This document shows, one piece after another, positions 1 through 9,285 of a DNA stretch of 49,207 bases (the first letter of the stretch is position 1; every line of letters starts with the position of its first letter). The stretch covers positions 311,106 to 360,312 of the forward strand of contig CAZULS010000001.1 of the NCBI GenBank assembly GCA_964621395.1, in the 5' to 3' direction. Source of the stretch: an uncultured Candidatus Saccharibacteria bacterium (GTDB lineage Bacteria > Patescibacteriota > Minisyncoccia > Phycocordibacterales > JACNGX01). A program made the translations under genes and the position numbers. The notes beneath the pieces are model-generated. The model saw nothing but the letters and a program-made list of their open reading frames with translations, had not been told where the DNA came from and did no database searches.

Positions 1-1906
1 TGTGTTTCACCACACCGCGTGTTTCGCGGAGAAGGTCTTGAGAATCACGCAGATACACAAAACCGCGAGAAATGATATCGGGGGATTTTTTGAGTGCCCC
101 GGTTTTCATATCAACAAGCGCCACAATCATGAGGATACCGTCTTGAGCAAGTGCCTGGCGGTCGCGGAGAACCACTTCTTGAGATTCACCCACGGAGAAG
201 CCGTCAACCATCACCACATTCGATGGTGCCTTTTCTTTCTGAACGGTGAGTTTTTTGTCCGGTCCGCCAATGTCGATAATGGTACCGTTGTCGGGCACAA
301 TGATACGCTCTTTCGGAAAGCCGTTGTGTTCATGAATCACCTGCGCGTGCACGCGAAGCATGGAATGGTATCCATAGCCGGGCATGAAATATTTCGCACC
401 AACCTGCTTGTTAATCCAGGCAAGCTCACCGGCATTGCCGTGGCCTGTGGAGTGCACATCAGACACACGGTAGTGAATAAGATGAATATCATGACGATAG
501 AGATTGTCTTTCAAGCGCTGCACAGAGATTTCATTCCCGGGAATAACCGATGAGGAAAGCACCACCGTATCTTTTGGCGTGAAGCGGATATGTTTATGTG
601 TTTTATTGGAAATACGCATGAGAACAGCGAATTCTTCTCCCTGAGCACCGGTTGCCAAAACAACCAGCTTGCGCGACGGATATTTATCCATGTCTTCAAT
701 CGGAATAATGGTGTCGGGTTTCACTTTGAGAAGATTCGCTTTCTTGGCGATTTCAATGTTGGTCTTAATACTGCGTCCATCAACCACCACTTTCTTGCTG
801 TGCTTTTCTGAAAGCTCAATGAGCTTGATGAGACGAGCGAATTGCGAGGCAAAGGTGCCGATGATAAGACGATCGGGCACATCGCGAATGATTGTTTCAA
901 GATTATTTTGAATTTCACGTTCGGTGATGGAAAAGCCGGGATTCTCGATATTGGTGGAATCGGCGATGAAAAGAAGATTGTCTTGAGAGCCGACATGACT
1001 CCATGTTTTCTTTTCGGCGTCTGTAGGATCTCCCCCTTCATGATCGAGCTTGAGGTCGCCGGAAATAACGATGTTGCCATGCTTTGTTTTCACCGATGCG
1101 CCCATGGAATCAGGGATGGAGTGCGTTACCGGGAAGAATTCCACACGGGTCTTTCCAAGTGTGATGGATTCACCGGGCTCAACGAGTTTGATATTAAGTG
1201 CCGGCAAATGAGGGAATTCCTCTTGGCGCTTGCGAATCATGAGCTCGGTTAATGCGCGAGTGTAAATGGGCGGATTGCCGATGCGATCCATGATATATGG
1301 GATACCCCCGATGTGATCGAGGTGACCATGCGTGATGACGACACCGCGAATACGGCCCTTGCGCTCTTCAAGGTATTTGGTGTTTGGAAGGAGGTAATCA
1401 ATACCCGGTGTTGCCTCTTCGGTAAACTGAAAGCCGACATCAAAGATAATGATATCCTCACCATATTCAACGACCGTCATATTGAGTCCGACTTCCTCCA
1501 CGCCTCCCAAAGGAATGATGCGAACATTGTCTCCTACGGCAGGGAGTTTCAGCGTGCTTCTTCCAGCACTCTTTGAAGATGTGCTGCGCGAAGGACGTGG
1601 CGGTGTCGGACGAGCCTGCGGGCGGCCTTGGCGGGCGCTCTGTGTGCGTGGCTTGCGCGCATGCGTCGGCTTTGCGTTTCCGTGTGTGCGTGTTTTGGAG
1701 GAAGAAGGACGACGGTGCGTCTTTTGTGTGTTTTGCGTGCCAGACGGACGTCGACGCGGGGAAGAAGACGCGGTAGAGGGTGTTCTTTTGGGAGAAGCTT
1801 TTCGATGTGGTGCTTTTTTCGCCACACTACGTCTTCCATGGGAAGACGTGCTTCTCTCTGATGTGTGTGTGTTTCGTGCTGAAGTTTTTTTCTGATAAGG
1901 AGTCAT
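1..1906 (-). CDS. rnj: Ribonuclease J (3' end runs off the window; missing from the ORF track)
   Basis: Minus-strand translation from ATG 1906 gives RIIPLGGVEEVGLNMT...DVGFQF...PGIDYLLPN...ITHGHLDHIGGIPY (metallo-beta-lactamase/beta-CASP RNase J motifs), preceded by a ~120-aa R/S/T/P-rich extension. Confidence 0.95.
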   Translation of the reverse strand, partial: MTPYQKKTSARNTHTSERSTSSHGRRSVAKKAPHRKASPKRTPSTASSSPRRRPSGTQNTQKTHRRPSSSKTRTHGNAKPTHARKPRTQSARQGRPQARPTPPRPSRSTSSKSAGRSTLKLPAVGDNVRIIPLGGVEEVGLNMTVVEYGEDIIIFDVGFQFTEEATPGIDYLLPNTKYLEERKGRIRGVVITHGHLDHIGGIPYIMDRIGNPPIYTRALTELMIRKRQEEFPHLPALNIKLVEPGESITLGKTRVEFFPVTHSIPDSMGASVKTKHGNIVISGDLKLDHEGGDPTDAEKKTWSHVGSQDNLLFIADSTNIENPGFSITEREIQNNLETIIRDVPDRLIIGTFASQFARLIKLIELSEKHSKKVVVDGRSIKTNIEIAKKANLLKVKPDTIIPIEDMDKYPSRKLVVLATGAQGEEFAVLMRISNKTHKHIRFTPKDTVVLSSSVIPGNEISVQRLKDNLYRHDIHLIHYRVSDVHSTGHGNAGELAWINKQVGAKYFMPGYGYHSMLRVHAQVIHEHNGFPKERIIVPDNGTIIDIGGPDKKLTVQKEKAPSNVVMVDGFSVGESQEVVLRDRQALAQDGILMIVALVDMKTGALKKSPDIISRGFVYLRDSQDLLRETRGVVKH

Positions 1907-1989
1907 AGGTAGTAGGTTAGTATGTTAGTAAAATAGTAAGTCAGTAAGTCAGGAGATTAGTATGTTAGTAAAATAGGAGGTTAGTATGA
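1905..1989. repeat. Degenerate 8-mer tandem repeat (GTTAGTAT/GTCAGTAA-like) upstream of rnj
   Basis: taggtagtaggttagtatgttagtaaaatagtaagtcagtaagtcaggagattagtatgttagtaaaataggaggttagtatg. Confidence 0.7.
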
Positions 1990-2015
1990 GTCGCCGCTAC
2001 GCGGCTCTCCTCCTT

Positions 2016-2040
2016 GTCATTCCGGGCTTGACCCGGAATC
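2016..2040 (+). repeat. GTCATYCC-type REP-like palindrome
   Basis: gtcattccgggcttgacccggaatc; same family at 7646, 8875, 9039, 20008-20161, 27765-27840, 36336-36439, 45346. Confidence 0.8.
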
Positions 2041-2128
2041 TTCGATATATTATTTCTAGAGGTGATGGGACAACGGTAAGGAGGTGATTTGTAATTCGTA
2101 TATTTGTATATATTCGTAATTCGTTTTT

Positions 2129-3910
2129 TTATCTTTCCATCTCGGCAAATATCGGCCAGACATATTCCGTTTCGATATACCAATCAATAATGCCGAAGAA
2201 ACGCTCCGACGGCGTGGTGACCGATCCAATCTTTACACCCTTGAGTGCCTCGGGAAGAATGTAGAGAAAATCAGGAGCATACAGAAGTACGGCGGGTACT
2301 TCATCGGCAATCTCTTGGGCTGCTTCGGCAATAAGTTCTGCGCGGAGCGCGCGGTCACTTTCCTCACGGGCCTCTTCAAGGAGATCGTCGACGGAAATAT
2401 TGGCATAGAGTGCAACATTAAGTCCGGGATCATTTCTCTGTGATGAGTGCCAGAAGGCGAAAAGGTCGCTATCGCGCCCAACGATTTCTCCGAAGAGGAG
2501 CGCATCATAGAGCCTGGGGCGGATGATTTGTGAGGAGAGATCACCCGCTTCATAGTATTGCACCGTGACGGACACACCGAGGGCATCCCATGTGCTTCGT
2601 ACGTATTCGGCAACCGTCTTCAATTCCGGTGTATTGGACGTGGCAATCGAGAAGGAAAGTGTGCGAGTGGAGCCGTCGATGTTCTTCTGCCAAGAACCGG
2701 TGATGGGTTCGGGCTGTTCTTCACTTGCCTCGTCGGGTATCCATTCCCAGTTACCGCTTTGTAGGATTTCGCGTGCCTCTGAAAGAGGGTTGGTCGAGGT
2801 GGCGGCAGAAGTCTCTTCTGCAAAGAAGTAGCCGAGCGCTCCGGGCGGAATGGGGGAGGAAATAGCAGTGCCGTATCCGAGGAGAACATCGCTTATAATG
2901 CGCTCTTTATCGATTGCCGCCTCAAGCGCTCGACGAGCATATACATCAGTGAAGATGTCCGCCTGGTCCTGGTTGAAGAATACGCCAAAGACGCGTGGGA
3001 GGGGATAACGAAGAATGCGAGCATTGCTTTCCTCAAGGGTATAAGCTGCTTCAGGCGTGATGGCGTGTACGGATTCTATGTCTCCTTTCTCATATGCGCC
3101 AAGGAGTTCCGCTTCATTATCGTAGAAACGAGTGCGAAGACGAGAGATATAGGGTTCACCGGCAGCAAAATCATCAAATGATTCAAGATCGTAATACGAC
3201 GGAATGCCGGATGTGTCGCGCTTCATACTCCGGAGGATATAGGGGCCGGAGCCGATAGGTTCGATATTAAACTGACTAAAACTGAATTCCTCGGCGGTGA
3301 GATTCCCCCAAATATGTTTGGGAAGAATGCCGAGTGTGGTATTGGAGAGAAATGGTGCATAGCTCTCGGGCAAGGTGAAGGTAACGGTGCGTTCGTCGAT
3401 TGCTTCAGCAATGACCCCGTCCCAATTGGCTCTTCGTGGACTCTTCAGCGCACTATCTTGCGCTTTGCTCACGGTGAAGACGACGTCTTCAGCGGTGATT
3501 GGCTCGCCATCGTGGAAGAGCGCATCATCACGAAGAGTGAAGGTGTAGAGAGTGCCGTCGTTGGAAACGGTGTACTGCTCCGCCACATAGGGAACAATGT
3601 CGCCGTTTTCGGTTATACGGGTGAGACCGGCATAGAGAAGTTCGGTCATGTCGCGATCAGCGGAAGAAATTGCCAATACCGGATTTACAAAGCGGGGCGT
3701 GCCGATGATGCCTTCGGAATGCGAGCCACCATGGGTTGGTACTTCTATAAGAAAACGTGTATTGGCAATCCAACCCAAAGAAAGGAGGCCGATAATGGCA
3801 ATCCATATAAAGACAGTGAATATAAGACGCTCTCTCTGCGAGAACGATTGCACAATGGTGGCAATACGAGTGAAAAAAGAAGAACGAATCTTCGAAGGGT
3901 GAGGTTTCAT
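2129..3910 (-). CDS. Peptide/nickel ABC transporter substrate-binding protein (family 5), membrane anchored
   Basis: N-terminal TM helix, then EGIIGTPRFVNP, YTFTLRDDALFHDGEPITAEDVVFT, PIGSGPY. ATG 3910 preferred over the ORF-track GTG at 3949. Confidence 0.9.
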   Translation of the reverse strand: MKPHPSKIRSSFFTRIATIVQSFSQRERLIFTVFIWIAIIGLLSLGWIANTRFLIEVPTHGGSHSEGIIGTPRFVNPVLAISSADRDMTELLYAGLTRITENGDIVPYVAEQYTVSNDGTLYTFTLRDDALFHDGEPITAEDVVFTVSKAQDSALKSPRRANWDGVIAEAIDERTVTFTLPESYAPFLSNTTLGILPKHIWGNLTAEEFSFSQFNIEPIGSGPYILRSMKRDTSGIPSYYDLESFDDFAAGEPYISRLRTRFYDNEAELLGAYEKGDIESVHAITPEAAYTLEESNARILRYPLPRVFGVFFNQDQADIFTDVYARRALEAAIDKERIISDVLLGYGTAISSPIPPGALGYFFAEETSAATSTNPLSEAREILQSGNWEWIPDEASEEQPEPITGSWQKNIDGSTRTLSFSIATSNTPELKTVAEYVRSTWDALGVSVTVQYYEAGDLSSQIIRPRLYDALLFGEIVGRDSDLFAFWHSSQRNDPGLNVALYANISVDDLLEEAREESDRALRAELIAEAAQEIADEVPAVLLYAPDFLYILPEALKGVKIGSVTTPSERFFGIIDWYIETEYVWPIFAEMER

Positions 3911-3998
3911 TGATCGTATGAGTCGAGACGCAAAAGAATGCGTCAACACGCAAGTGTATAAAGATATATTGAGAGAATCAACAAATACCGAAAGGTAT

Positions 3999-4195
3999 TA
4001 GAACCAGTCTCACTGAAAACATTGAAAAATAAGGGAATCATATTCAAGAGCTGCGCTTGGCAGTTCTCGCACCCAAACAGCGGCTGCACCTTGTCGCTCA
4101 ACCACACCGCACGAGAGTGCGGCATGGTTTCCGCGACGTCGGTTCGCTCGCTGTTTGGGTGCGAGAACAAGCCATTTTCAGTGAGACTGGTTCTA
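3999..4195 (-). mobile_element. 197-bp MITE-like structured element, copy 1
   Basis: TIR GAACCAGTCTCACTGAAAA with TA on both sides; nested internal stems; near-identical to 11785 and 28695. Confidence 0.9.
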
Positions 4196-4200
4196 GTGTG

Positions 4201-4431
4201 TTAGATAAAGAGATGCGCGAGTGCGGAGAGTGCGAAAAGAATGGCAAGCACAATAGTGATATGGAAGAGTGTTTTCTCAGCGCCCCGGCGAGAATGGAAA
4301 CCCGCTCCCTCGTCGTTCCCTCCAAACACGCCACCCAAACCGGCACCGGTTTGCTGGAGAAGAATCGCGATAATCAGAAAGAAGGACAGAACAATCTGCG
4401 CCCAAGGGAGAAGAGAAACGAGAGATTCCAT
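4201..4431 (-). CDS. secG: Preprotein translocase subunit SecG
   Basis: ILLQQTGAGLGGVFGG...RRGAEKTLFHITIVLAILF; two TM helices; 76 aa from ATG 4431. Confidence 0.93.
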   Translation of the reverse strand: MESLVSLLPWAQIVLSFFLIIAILLQQTGAGLGGVFGGNDEGAGFHSRRGAEKTLFHITIVLAILFALSALAHLFI

Positions 4432-4445
4432 TACAGAGAGTATAG

Positions 4446-4505
4446 CAAAGAAGCGCCTCGTATGCAAGGCGCGCTAGCGCGCCTTGCATACGAGGCGCTT
4501 CTTTG
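4446..4505. repeat. Perfect 60-bp palindrome with no loop, upstream of secG
   Basis: caaagaagcgcctcgtatgcaaggcgcgct|agcgcgccttgcatacgaggcgcttctttg. Confidence 0.95.
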
Positions 4506-4659
4506 GAGAATGAAGAATTATGAATTAAGCCTATATCATACACATATAAATATGTATATGATCGGCCAAAGGAATTAAGAATACCGCGCCTCCGGCGCGG
4601 CACAAAAAAAGCGACGCATTCACGCCGCTCTGAATCATCTTGTGTTTTTCCCGCAGTCT

Positions 4660-5100
4660 CTAGTCTCTGTTGCCCCCTTCTCCAGTCCTACTGTCTTTTC
4701 TGACGTACTCTTTAAAAACATGAGATGCGAGGAGGAAAAGAAGGTATACGTAAGGAGAAATAGTAAGCAGTACTCCTATCTGAAACATAAGAATACTGAA
4801 GAAAGGTAAATAGACCAAAGAAATGACGGAAAGGAAAAAAGACACAACTGAACCCAGAAGGCATATCCATGTTCCAGGCTTGTCAGGAAGAGCTCCGCCC
4901 CAAAGGAGTATAAAAACCCCAACGATGAGTATGAAAATTAAACCGAGCCACCCACCGAAATAGATTATCCAGATAGGAATAAGGGGATACATCCACCAGA
5001 GCCTGTCTTCCCCATCCCTGTAATCATCGGGCCAGAACATTCTGGCAAGACATACAGCACTGAGGAACAGTGCGATAATCAATCCAATATGTTCTTTCAT
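4660..5100 (-). CDS. Hypothetical multi-pass membrane protein
   Basis: 146-aa hydrophobic ORF with several TM segments; no recognised motif. Confidence 0.65.
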   Translation of the reverse strand: MKEHIGLIIALFLSAVCLARMFWPDDYRDGEDRLWWMYPLIPIWIIYFGGWLGLIFILIVGVFILLWGGALPDKPGTWICLLGSVVSFFLSVISLVYLPFFSILMFQIGVLLTISPYVYLLFLLASHVFKEYVRKDSRTGEGGNRD

Positions 5101-5176
5101 TGTGATAGTACTTTTGCGTTTTTGGAGATTCTTTTTTCACTTTATCATGTTATGACAATTTTGCAATATCATTAGT

Positions 5177-5204
5177 TTGACTCCATAAAAGAAAACGGTA
5201 TAAT
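5177..5204 (+). promoter_or_regulatory. Sigma70-type promoter of groESL
   Basis: TTGACT-16 nt-TATAAT. Confidence 0.65.
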
Positions 5205-5284
5205 GGAACAGCTTAACGATTTTCTTATGCTTCCGAGTGTAGGAATCTGCGCGTTTTGCGCAGGACGCAAAACGCGCAGATTCG

Positions 5285-5373
5285 TTTACTGTGGCCGACG
5301 AGCCCCGCTCTTTTGGCGACGCGTCGCCAAAAGAGCGGGGCTCGTGTAGGCTCGTTAATAGTTTAACGTTTAT
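5285..5373 (+). promoter_or_regulatory. 89-nt structured leader element shared with nrdJ
   Basis: tttactgtggccgacgag[palindrome]ctcgtgtaggctcgttaatagtttaacgtttat; homologue at 17534-17622. Confidence 0.75.
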
Positions 5374-5383
5374 AGTTTTCCTT

Positions 5384-5704
5384 ATGTCTGAAACAGAAAA
5401 AAACACCACAACAACAATTCAGCCGCTGGGGAATCGCGTCCTTGTGGAAGTGCAGGACGACTCCGCGCAAGTAACCGATGCGGGCATTATTATTCCTGAC
5501 ACGGTTGACCGTGAGAAGCCGCAGCAAGGGAAGGTGATTGCAGTGGGCGAAGGGCGAGTGACCGATGCCGGAGAGACAATTCCGATGCGGGTGAAAGAGG
5601 GCGATGTCATTCTCTTTTCCAAGTATGGTCCTGATGAAGTGACCGTTGATGATACAGAATATTATATTATCGGGGAGGAGAGTATACTTGCAATAATCAA
5701 ATAA
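5384..5704 (+). CDS. groES: Co-chaperonin GroES
   Basis: IQPLGNRVLV...GIIIPDT...EKPQQGKVIAVGEG...VKEGDVILFSKYG...ESILAII; start at ATG 5384. Confidence 0.97.
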   Translation: MSETEKNTTTTIQPLGNRVLVEVQDDSAQVTDAGIIIPDTVDREKPQQGKVIAVGEGRVTDAGETIPMRVKEGDVILFSKYGPDEVTVDDTEYYIIGEESILAIIK

Positions 5705-5706
5705 GT

Positions 5707-5837
5707 ACTCCGAATGTACGAATATATACAAAAGTACAAATGATACGAAAATCTACGAATATTCCCTCTGTGCCCGAACCGACATTTGTATGTATTTGTA
5801 CCATTTGTAGATTTGTAGTGATTTGTATATTCGGAGT
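5707..5837. repeat. Inverted arrays of TACGAA/TACAAA units between groES and groEL
   Basis: actccgaatgtacgaat...tacgaat facing atttgta...attcggagt; related arrays at 2086-2125, 10208-10313, 40683-40737. Confidence 0.8.
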
Positions 5838-5868
5838 CCATCCTTAATTCTTTATTCATCATTCTTAA

Positions 5869-7533
<1,665 letters not shown>

Positions 7534-7591
7534 AAGTTCGAAGTTAGAAATTAGGAATTAGAGTGCGCGCTTACGCGCGCAGAAAGAAACC

Positions 7592-7624
7592 AAAAGCGCG
7601 GCGACCTTCGGTCGCCGCGCTTTT
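7592..7624 (+). terminator. Intrinsic terminator after groEL
   Basis: aaaagcgcggcgacc-ttc-ggtcgccgcgctttt. Confidence 0.85.
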
Positions 7625-7704
7625 GTATACACTTTTTTTACCACCGTCATCCCGCACTTGATGCGGGATCTTGATATTCATGAGCCACTTTTTTGAATGC
7701 AGGT

Positions 7705-7732
7705 AACGTTGGGACAACGTTGTCCCAACGTT
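7705..7732. repeat. 28-bp perfect palindrome with three AACGTT units (REP-like)
   Basis: aacgttgggacaacgttgtcccaacgtt; relative at 33097-33124. Confidence 0.85.
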
Positions 7733-7781
7733 GTCTGGCAATAAAAAACCACCCCCGAAGGGGGTGGTGAAAGTGCTTGTG

Positions 7782-8081
7782 TCAGTCGAGGAACTTTATA
7801 TTTTGTGTTGCTGTATGTGATGCAGCACAGATTTTCCCGTCACAGTCTCTTTTGTAACATAAGAGCCTTGTATTGGGCTTCGGGAAAGGGGATAGGATTG
7901 TACCTACGACAGTGCCTTTACTGAAATTCTGTATTCTATCCCCCATGGCAAAAATAAAATCAAGTCCGAGCCGTTCCGACAGTTCCCTGAAGGATTCATT
8001 GGAATCATCAACGGGGATAGATTGTCCGTCGATAATGATAACGTTGGTGTCAACTTTTTGAACTGTAACTGCTTCGTCCAT
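7782..8081 (-). CDS. Hypothetical protein
   Basis: 99 aa from ATG 8081 (MDEAVTVQ...), followed by a terminator-like hairpin at ~7748-7769. Confidence 0.55.
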   Translation of the reverse strand: MDEAVTVQKVDTNVIIIDGQSIPVDDSNESFRELSERLGLDFIFAMGDRIQNFSKGTVVGTILSPFPKPNTRLLCYKRDCDGKICAASHTATQNIKFLD

Positions 8082-8286
8082 AACATGAATCTTTGAATGT
8101 TTTAGGAAATACAAAAAACAAGAGTGCCAACGTCTTTTATACCACCCATCTGAAAGCAAATCAAGCGCCTGTGATCTGTGGATACATATTGCCCCGTATA
8201 TCACTCTTCATGTATAATACAAGAAATGGGCGTAGCCCATTTCTATCCTTAATTCTTAATATTTAATCTCCTATTCTCCTAACTCT

Positions 8287-8841
8287 ATGATTCTCTACAT
8301 TATCCTTGCAGTCATCGTTGTTGTTGCCGTATGGGTAATTGGCATGTACAACGGCTTCGTGCGCTTGGTGAAGCGTACGGAAGAAGCGTGGGCTGATATT
8401 GATGTCCAGCTCAAGCGTCGCTACGATCTTATTCCGAATTTGGTAAATACGGTAAAGGGCTATGCTTCACATGAAAGCGCCACATTCGAAAAGGTGACGG
8501 AAGCCCGCACAAAGGCAATGCAGGCCGGAAGCATTTCTGAGCACGCCGAAGCGGAAAATATGCTTGCCGGCACATTGAAATCACTCTTTGCTGTTGCGGA
8601 GAGTTATCCGGAGCTCAAGGCAAATGAAAACTTTCTTGAGCTACAGCGAGAACTTTCCGACACGGAAAACAAGATTCAGGCTGCGCGTCGTTTCTACAAT
8701 ACCAATGTGCGCGATCTCAATACCAAGGTTGATATGTTTCCTTCCAATCTCATTGCGCAAATGTTTAGCTTCGGTGCACGTGATTTCTTCGAACTCGAAG
8801 AAGGTTCCGAACAACGCGAACCGGTAGAGGTATCGTTCTAA
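8287..8841 (+). CDS. lemA: LemA family protein
   Basis: N-terminal TM; AWADIDVQLKRRYDLIPNLV, AVAESYPELKANENF, RRFYN. Confidence 0.97.
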   Translation: MILYIILAVIVVVAVWVIGMYNGFVRLVKRTEEAWADIDVQLKRRYDLIPNLVNTVKGYASHESATFEKVTEARTKAMQAGSISEHAEAENMLAGTLKSLFAVAESYPELKANENFLELQRELSDTENKIQAARRFYNTNVRDLNTKVDMFPSNLIAQMFSFGARDFFELEEGSEQREPVEVSF

Positions 8842-8874
8842 TTAACCGATTGTGGTCATTTCCCACTCACCACT

Positions 8875-9086
8875 GTCATCCCGCACTCCTGCCGAGCTTC
8901 ACTTTCACTGAACACATTAAGATATCGTAGACGGTAGGAGAGGGGATGAAAGATATTTTACTGCAAATGATATTGGTGAAAGTGGGGCTCTGGTGATGCG
9001 GGATCTCCCCGAATAGTCTTCAGAAGTAATATATCGAAGATTCCGGCTTGCCCCGCCTTTGGCTTGGGGACCAAGTCCGGAATGAC
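8875..9086. repeat. Inverted pair of GTCATYCC REPs, each with an insertion in its loop
   Basis: gtcatcccgcact[~105 nt]tgatgcgggatc and gattccggcttg[ccccgcctttggcttgggga]ccaagtccggaatgac. Confidence 0.75.
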
Positions 9087-9118
9087 ACCAAATTTTTAAT
9101 CGTTTATCGTTTTCAAAT

Positions 9119-9268
9119 ATGTTTTTCCTCGGATCACTTCTCATTGTTACTGGCGTTGTCTTTCTTTTAAAGAATCTTGGCGTTATTTCTGAATTTAGCT
9201 CAAGTCTCTTTTGGCCGATTCTTGTTATCGCACTCGGTGTACACCTTCTCTTCCGTAACAGGTGGTAG
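9119..9268 (+). CDS. Small two-TM protein, DUF5668/LiaF-TM-like (below ORF-track cutoff)
   Basis: MFFLGSLLIVTGVVFLLKNLGVISEFSSSLFWPILVIALGVHLLFRNRW; G..LI..G..FLL.NLG......WP..LI..G pattern. Confidence 0.8.
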   Translation: MFFLGSLLIVTGVVFLLKNLGVISEFSSSLFWPILVIALGVHLLFRNRW

Positions 9269-9285
9269 GAACCTTCTACATATCT

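Noticed and set aside
2-1895. Plus-strand ORFs in the first 1.9 kb
   Set aside because: They are antisense shadows of rnj.
3943-4204. Recurrent 60-150-aa ORFs overlapping the MITE copies (also near 11780, 20260, 28417, 33606)
   Set aside because: Starts, stops and frames differ between copies and substitutions follow base pairing, so these are by-products of the repeat.
5140-5384. CIRCE/HrcA operator upstream of groES
   Set aside because: No TTAGCACTC-N9-GAGTGCTAA match; the palindromes present are unrelated.
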